A stretch of DNA of 64,000 nt, taken from contig VBDX01000130.1 in assembly GCA_005881885.1 (NCBI GenBank), positions 1,882 through 65,881 on the forward strand, in the 5' to 3' direction. Origin of the DNA: Chloroflexota bacterium. GTDB taxonomy: Bacteria; Chloroflexota; Limnocylindria; P2-11E. Shown one piece after another: positions 59,043 to 64,000 of the stretch (within the stretch, counting starts at the first letter, position 1; every line of letters starts with the position of its first letter). The translations under genes and the position numbers were made by a program. The notes under the pieces were generated by a model. That model did no database searches. It saw only the letters and a program-made list of their open reading frames with translations, and had not been told where the DNA came from.

Positions 59043-60389
59043 TTGGAGCCAGTGGGAACCCGCGCAAAGCGCGTGCTCGCGCTCGCTTTCCTGGTCGCTG
59101 GCTGTAGCGCGCAGGTCGCGGCACCGCGGCCAAGCGAGACCCCGACGACGACCGTTACCCCGGGAGCTCCGAACACCGCAGCAAACGATGTTCTCTACGT
59201 CCGCTCGATCGGCGGTTCGGAGCAGGCCTCAGTTCTCGTGATCGACGGTCGCACCGGTGCGACTTTGCGCACGATGCCGGACGGCGCGATCTCAAGAGAC
59301 CGCTCGAGGCTTTACTCGACCGAGTCAGTAAATGGGGCGACGCGGACCGTCGTTCACGTCACCGAACTCGCGAGCGGCCACGACCTGCTGACGTTCACCG
59401 TCGATGGCGATCTGAGGTCCCCGCTCTTCACGGGGTCGCTGTATCAGCTCACCGGCGAGATGATCTCGGCTGACAACCGGCACCTCGTGCTTACGAATAC
59501 GCCCTACAAGAATGAAAAGGGCTGGGTCACCCGGCTCGCCGTGGTCGACGTGATCTCGGGCGCGGTTACCGTATCGACCGAGATCGTCGCGCCCTCCACC
59601 TACGGTGTTCTCGGGCTCTCTCCCGACGGGCGGTCGGTATTCGTCGACCAGTTTGGCGACGGCGCGATCACGACGCGCGTCTTCGACGTTGCCTCGCGCG
59701 GACTCGCCGATGTCTCACGAGCCGGTCTCTCGGCAAACGGTTTCCGTACGGGGGGAGTATTCACGCCGGACGGTCGGTGGATGTTCCGTGTCGACTCGGC
59801 CGGCGCGGCGACTGGCGGGCCCGTGGTTGTCGCGTTGGACCTCGTGGACAAGCGCGTCGTTCCGATCCCACTCGCTACTCCCGGCAAGTCCGGCTCCGAG
59901 GGGGGAGAGCTCTGGTCGGTGGTGCTCACCGTCGACGGCTCGACCCTGTACGCGGTGAACCCGGCGATGGGTGTCGTCAACGAGATCGATGTACGTCAGC
60001 TCGCGGTGCGCCGATCATCTCCGATCCCAGTAAGCCGCCGGGGGGATGGTGTGCTGGCGACTATTCAGCAGTTACTCCTGCCGGTCGTCGATGCGAAGCG
60101 GTTCATGATGGGCGGCGCGGCATTGTCCCCCGATGGCCGGACGCTTTACGCCGCCGGCAACAGCGGCATCTCCGCGATTGACACGGCGACGCTCACGTCG
60201 CGCCAGACCATCTGGCGCGCGGGATACCTGTTCGATCTTCTCGCGATGTCCCCCGATGGCCTACGTCTCTATGCGGTCGACAATTCGACCCGCAATCTGA
60301 TCGTGTTCGATCCGCGAGGCGCGTTTCTCGGCACGATTAGTCTCACCTCGATGGTCCCGGCGATCGTCCGCATCGACAGCACGCACTAG
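59043..60389 (+). CDS. beta-propeller (YVTN/PQQ-like repeat) lipoprotein
   Basis: TTG/GTG start giving a lipobox LVAGC. Repeated SPDGR..Y / LSPDG..LYA blades. The upstream 280 aa of the given ORF are antisense to the sigma gene. Confidence 0.65.
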   Translation: MEPVGTRAKRVLALAFLVAGCSAQVAAPRPSETPTTTVTPGAPNTAANDVLYVRSIGGSEQASVLVIDGRTGATLRTMPDGAISRDRSRLYSTESVNGATRTVVHVTELASGHDLLTFTVDGDLRSPLFTGSLYQLTGEMISADNRHLVLTNTPYKNEKGWVTRLAVVDVISGAVTVSTEIVAPSTYGVLGLSPDGRSVFVDQFGDGAITTRVFDVASRGLADVSRAGLSANGFRTGGVFTPDGRWMFRVDSAGAATGGPVVVALDLVDKRVVPIPLATPGKSGSEGGELWSVVLTVDGSTLYAVNPAMGVVNEIDVRQLAVRRSSPIPVSRRGDGVLATIQQLLLPVVDAKRFMMGGAALSPDGRTLYAAGNSGISAIDTATLTSRQTIWRAGYLFDLLAMSPDGLRLYAVDNSTRNLIVFDPRGAFLGTISLTSMVPAIVRIDSTH

Positions 60390-61052
60390 CAGGGGTCTCT
60401 CGGCAGGATCCACATCTCGACTCCAGAGACGGCCCCACGATGCGATGAGACACGCGGCGTCCTCTGTGCGGTTTGGCGAGCCTGTCCAGGCTATCGATCA
60501 AGAAGTCAGGCCATGCTTCTGTCGGTCAACGGGAGCCGCCTTCAGGGCATGGCCGGACGAAGGCAACTGTGGTGAGTTCGTCGCGACCCTTCCCCGGGAA
60601 TCGGACGTCCTTGACGGGGGCTTGATTTGGGCTTGATTTCGGTCAATGCAAAAAGGCCCGAATGTCGCGGTAATTCGCTCAAGCCCGAGCGTGACTACTC
60701 CTGTCGAAGGAGTAGCGAAAGCGCAGAGCCAACGCAAGACCAAGGGCGAAAACTAACTTCCGGCACGGGACGTCGATGGGCGGTAGAGAATCTCGCGCAG
60801 ACCGGCGGTCGGGAACTCCTGGCGTTCGCTCCCCTCGTACTTGCCGACCTACCGGTCGGATCGCCTCGAGCCGGGGACGATCCCCGGAGGGCGACTCAGG
60901 GACGAGGAACGTGTTCATCGGAGTGTTCCTTAGCCGTTCCCGTCGGGAAACAGGGAAGTCGCCCAATCGCCCCGGCTCAATGATGGGGGAAATGAGCGCT
61001 TGTGCTGACTTCATGATTGTTGTTCTGACCCGCAACCCGGGCTAACCCGCGG

Positions 61053-61718
61053 TCAGAGTCCCGGTTTCACGACCATGTCGTCGAAGCAGGTAACCGAATC
61101 CGCTTTTGTCCATAGGCCCACGCGCCCGGCCTTGTACGTCGCGTCGGTTGCCTCGACCACGGGCTGGCCGCCGAGAAAGCCGCGTAGACGATCGCCGGAG
61201 GCCTCGAGTCGGAGCTCCTGCCACTGTCCTGAGGTGACCTTCGCGCTGCCGTCCTTGATGCCGCTCCGTCGCCCGTTCGCGTACAGGTAGAGATTCACGT
61301 TCCCCTCGAGCGCGTTGGCGCGAAGGATGTAGTAGTTGTCTTTGTCCTGGACGCGGAAGATGATCCCCGCCGCCTGGTCCTCGCGGCCCGAGATCGGCTT
61401 GAAGCGGACCGTGATGCTGAGGTCGCCGTAGACCGTCGACGTGAGCGCGATCGCCGGGAACTCCGCGCGGCCGATCTGACAGAGTGCGTTCGGCTTGCTC
61501 GGGGCGTCGGCCTCCGCTCGCACGGCCCACTCGCCACTGAAGACCTCTGACCCCTCCGGCGGACGGCCCGTCGTCTCCTGGTCGAAGTTCCTCGAAGCCG
61601 CGCTCGGGCTGGGAGCCGCAGATGTGTACGTGACCGCTGGTTGTCCGGCGCAGCCGGTGACCAGAAGCACAAGGGCGGCCAGGGCGCCATGCGCGCGTGA
61701 CGAGCGGCGACGACTCAT
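61053..61718 (-). CDS. DUF1080 (3-keto-disaccharide hydrolase / LamG-like) lipoprotein
   Basis: Start at MSRRRSSRAHGALAALVLLVTGCAG (lipobox). Concanavalin-like jelly-roll segments are present (GIIFRVQDKDNYY, GRVGLWT). Confidence 0.7.
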   Translation of the reverse strand: MSRRRSSRAHGALAALVLLVTGCAGQPAVTYTSAAPSPSAASRNFDQETTGRPPEGSEVFSGEWAVRAEADAPSKPNALCQIGRAEFPAIALTSTVYGDLSITVRFKPISGREDQAAGIIFRVQDKDNYYILRANALEGNVNLYLYANGRRSGIKDGSAKVTSGQWQELRLEASGDRLRGFLGGQPVVEATDATYKAGRVGLWTKADSVTCFDDMVVKPGL

Positions 61719-61767
61719 CTCGGGATCGAGCGGATTATCACTCCACGCCCCCTCGTACCATGCCCGC

Positions 61768-62193
61768 GTGGGACGGGTCCGGTCGCTCGCGCTGGCGGGC
61801 ACTCTTCTTCTCGCACCAGCGTGCGCGGCGACAGGTCCGGCTCACGCCGCGTCAGCAGTCCCGAGCGCGGAGCCCTCGCGCTCGGCCACCGTGCCGCCGT
61901 CTCCCGCGAGCGCCAGCCCGAGCGCGACGTTGCCCGACCGGATCGCGACCGTCTCGCTGGCCGAGCACTTCTTCGACCCGGCGCTGCTAACGGTAAAGGT
62001 GGGTACGACGGTGACCTGGCGGAACGTCGGGCAGCAGGTGCACGACGTCAACGCCCGCGACGGGTCCTTCCACTCTTCGCTCCTCGGTCCGGGCGGCACC
62101 TTCTCGTACACCTTCACGGCGCCAGGGCGCTATCCGTATTTCTGCGTGCCACACGAAGGCGACGGAATGATCGGTGAGGTCGACGTGCAGTAG
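61768..62193 (+). CDS. cupredoxin (plastocyanin/pseudoazurin-like blue copper protein), lipoprotein
   Basis: GTG start with signal/lipobox LLLAPAC. Type-1 Cu ligands H (QQVHDV), C, H, M in YFCVPHEGDGMIGEV. Confidence 0.75.
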   Translation: MGRVRSLALAGTLLLAPACAATGPAHAASAVPSAEPSRSATVPPSPASASPSATLPDRIATVSLAEHFFDPALLTVKVGTTVTWRNVGQQVHDVNARDGSFHSSLLGPGGTFSYTFTAPGRYPYFCVPHEGDGMIGEVDVQ

Positions 62194-62244
62194 CCCGTAT
62201 CCAAGTCCGAGCTCGCGTGGTGCCGACGACCGCCGCGAGTCCGT

Positions 62245-63573
62245 TCAAGCAATCACGGTCCGGCGAGCGATCCAGCGCGCCCCAGTAAGCGCGGCGAGCG
62301 CTGCGGCTGCGGTAAGCAGCGCGGCGGCCGGCAGCGACACGATGAGACCAACACATGCAACGATCCCGTACCACGAGAAGACCGGCGAAGCGATGCGCTT
62401 GGTCTTTGGCAGCTGGAGCGCGGCAAAGTGCGTGACGAGATACCACACGAGCATGAACGCGCTCGCCACCTCGATGAGCGAGCGCAGGTCGAAGAAGAGG
62501 ACCAGTGCCGCGCTCAGGATGCCGAGCGCAGCCACGGAGCGGTGCGGCGTCCGGAACCGCTCGTGCACCGCAGCGAGAAACCGCGGAAGCTCGCGAGCTT
62601 TCGCCATCGCGAGGGCAACCCGCGAGGCTGTCAGCAGGATGCCCAATAGGTCCCCGAGCGCGGCGACGACCGCGGCCGCCAGGACCGGCCAGAAGAGCCA
62701 ATCCGTCGCCCTCTTGGCCGCGGAGAGCAGCGGCGTGTCGTCGCGACCGAGCTCGTCAGCGCCGAGGACGCCCAGGGTAATCGCCGCGACAGGCAGGAAG
62801 ACCGCGGCGGCGATGGCGACCCCGCCGACGATGCTGAGCGGGATCGTCCGCCTCGGATCCTTGATCTCGCTGGCCATGATCGCCGTGCGCATGAACCCGT
62901 CCCAGGACCAGAAGAAGATCGCCGCTCCGGCAAGCACGCCGAGCACTCCCTTGTCGCCGAGGAGCGGGCCGAGCTGTGCTGGGTCGATCGCCTGTGCCGC
63001 GCCACCGGCGTAGACGGCGAGTAGGCCGACGAGGGCGGTGAGCAAGCCGATCACCAGCTTCGAGGTGAGCTCGATGCCGAAGACGTTGAGGCCGGTGATG
63101 GCGAGCACGGCGAGGAAGGCGACGAGGTGCACCGGCAGACCCGCGATGACCTGGCCGAGGTAGGTCGTGAGCGCGAGTGCGACCACGCTCACTGAGACGA
63201 GGGCCTTGCCGAGGTAGCCGCAGCCGGCGATAAAGCCGATCGTGTCGTGATCGAAGGCGCGCGCCCAAGTGAAGGCGCCTCCTTCTTCCGGGAAGTTCAC
63301 CCCCAGCTGCGCCGCGCTGATGCCGGTCGCGAGCGCGACCGTGCCGCCAAGAGCGATCGCGAGAAGGATCCCCGTTCCGGCGACGTTCGTCGCCGCGCCG
63401 AACGCGGCGAAAATCCCGGTGCCGACGATCATCCCCGCGGTGAAGAGCGTTGCGCCCAGGGGCGCGAGCTCCCGCCTCAGCCCGCCACTGCTCCGGCTCA
63501 CCGAAGCCGCAAGAGCTGAGCGCTGCCGCCCCGAACGACATCGAAACTTCTCGACGCTATTACCCGTAACCAA
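62245..63573 (-). CDS. APC-family amino acid permease
   Basis: 12 TM helices with APC-type signature segments. 442 aa. Confidence 0.8.
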   Translation of the reverse strand: MVTGNSVEKFRCRSGRQRSALAASVSRSSGGLRRELAPLGATLFTAGMIVGTGIFAAFGAATNVAGTGILLAIALGGTVALATGISAAQLGVNFPEEGGAFTWARAFDHDTIGFIAGCGYLGKALVSVSVVALALTTYLGQVIAGLPVHLVAFLAVLAITGLNVFGIELTSKLVIGLLTALVGLLAVYAGGAAQAIDPAQLGPLLGDKGVLGVLAGAAIFFWSWDGFMRTAIMASEIKDPRRTIPLSIVGGVAIAAAVFLPVAAITLGVLGADELGRDDTPLLSAAKRATDWLFWPVLAAAVVAALGDLLGILLTASRVALAMAKARELPRFLAAVHERFRTPHRSVAALGILSAALVLFFDLRSLIEVASAFMLVWYLVTHFAALQLPKTKRIASPVFSWYGIVACVGLIVSLPAAALLTAAAALAALTGARWIARRTVIA

Positions 63574-63863
63574 GCGTGCACCGTCGAGCGTTGTGATCGG
63601 CGCGATTTACCGATGAATCTCATGCTTGGTACCTGGGCGGCCCCTCGATCGCGGCGCTCTTCTTTGCGGTCTGGCGACGGTCCCATGAAGGTACGTGCTT
63701 GGCCATACGGGCTCGCTCGTCAAGCGCGTCGCCTCTTGCCCATTGCGCTTTTTTGGAGCGCGAGGCAAAGAGTCTGCGCTGCAGGAGGTGGTCAGTCAGA
63801 GGACACGTTTCATCATTTTCCTGGCTTTCTCAAGTGTCCGCTCTCGAATCGGGCCAGCGGTCC

Positions 63864-63906
63864 GCAAAACCTTCATCGCGGGTTCGATTCCCGCCGTCGC
63901 CTCAGA
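63864..63906 (+). repeat. 43-nt exact direct repeat of the tRNA-Cys 3' half (att-like remnant)
   Basis: GCAAAACCTTCATCGCGGGTTCGATTCCCGCCGTCGCCTCAGA is identical to 57022..57064. No 5' tRNA half precedes it. Confidence 0.75.
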
Positions 63907-64000
63907 ACCGAGCAAATCGCGAGATCCCGACACCCCAAGGCAGAGGTCGATTAGACCTCTACCACGCGATCACCTCACGCCACGCGCTCCACTGGCGTTT

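Noticed and set aside
60611-61052. tmRNA hypothesis for the non-coding region
   Set aside because: The 5' GGGGGCUUGAUUUGGG resembles a tmRNA acceptor/5' end. But there is no tRNA-like T-arm (GGTTCGA.TCC) or CCA-proximal acceptor partner in the region, and no tag-peptide frame.
63938-63954. GAGGTC-GATTA-GACCTC hairpin / possible tRNA-like fragment at the window edge
   Set aside because: It cannot be folded into a complete tRNA within the available sequence. The window ends at 64000.

Overview
This 64-kb window is about 70% GC, and most frames carry long spurious Arg/Ala-rich ORFs. The gene content looks like a soil Actinomycetota chromosome: SARP regulator, adenylate-cyclase/ATPase, UdgX-like glycosylase, DUF2277, GGAGG ribosome-binding sites. 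I did not identify the organism.

I call about 55 protein genes and one tRNA-Cys. Four things stand out.

1. A ~10-kb unidirectional array (4.7-15.1 kb). It encodes a PstS-like phosphate-binding lipoprotein, two sensor kinases (one with GAF, one REC-REC-kinase hybrid), an ATP:ADP-antiporter-like transporter, a VTC polyphosphate-polymerase-domain protein with a poly-lysine tail, and three REC regulators. It also has two HD-GYP c-di-GMP phosphodiesterases, one fused to REC and one split from it. A divergent RR/HK pair sits next to it. This array couples phosphate/polyphosphate genes to c-di-GMP turnover and is my best candidate for an undescribed system.

2. An intact tRNA-Cys (56990-57060) whose 3' 43 nt are repeated exactly at 63864-63906. 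The repeats bracket a ~6.8-kb islet with no integrase. The islet holds an ECF sigma/anti-sigma pair, a beta-propeller lipoprotein, a DUF1080 lipoprotein, a cupredoxin, an APC permease, and a 660-bp lower-GC non-coding segment carrying tandem 11-bp repeats and palindromes.

3. A UdgX-type uracil-DNA glycosylase (KRRLH loop) and a membrane protein split by a single in-frame TGA.

4. A REP-like GC hairpin, CGGGGGCTC(T/G)GCCCCCG, present in four intergenic sites.

Other genes include a peptide-type ABC importer, an HtrA protease, a thioredoxin-like/Rdx(SelW-like) pair, a secreted S8 protease, moaA, pepN, ettA, two tandem PAS-GGDEF-EAL paralogs, aceE, a cold-shock protein, a rhomboid protease and a Tat-exported DUF1800/DUF1501 pair. 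All calls rest on reading motifs in the supplied translations; no database search was possible.
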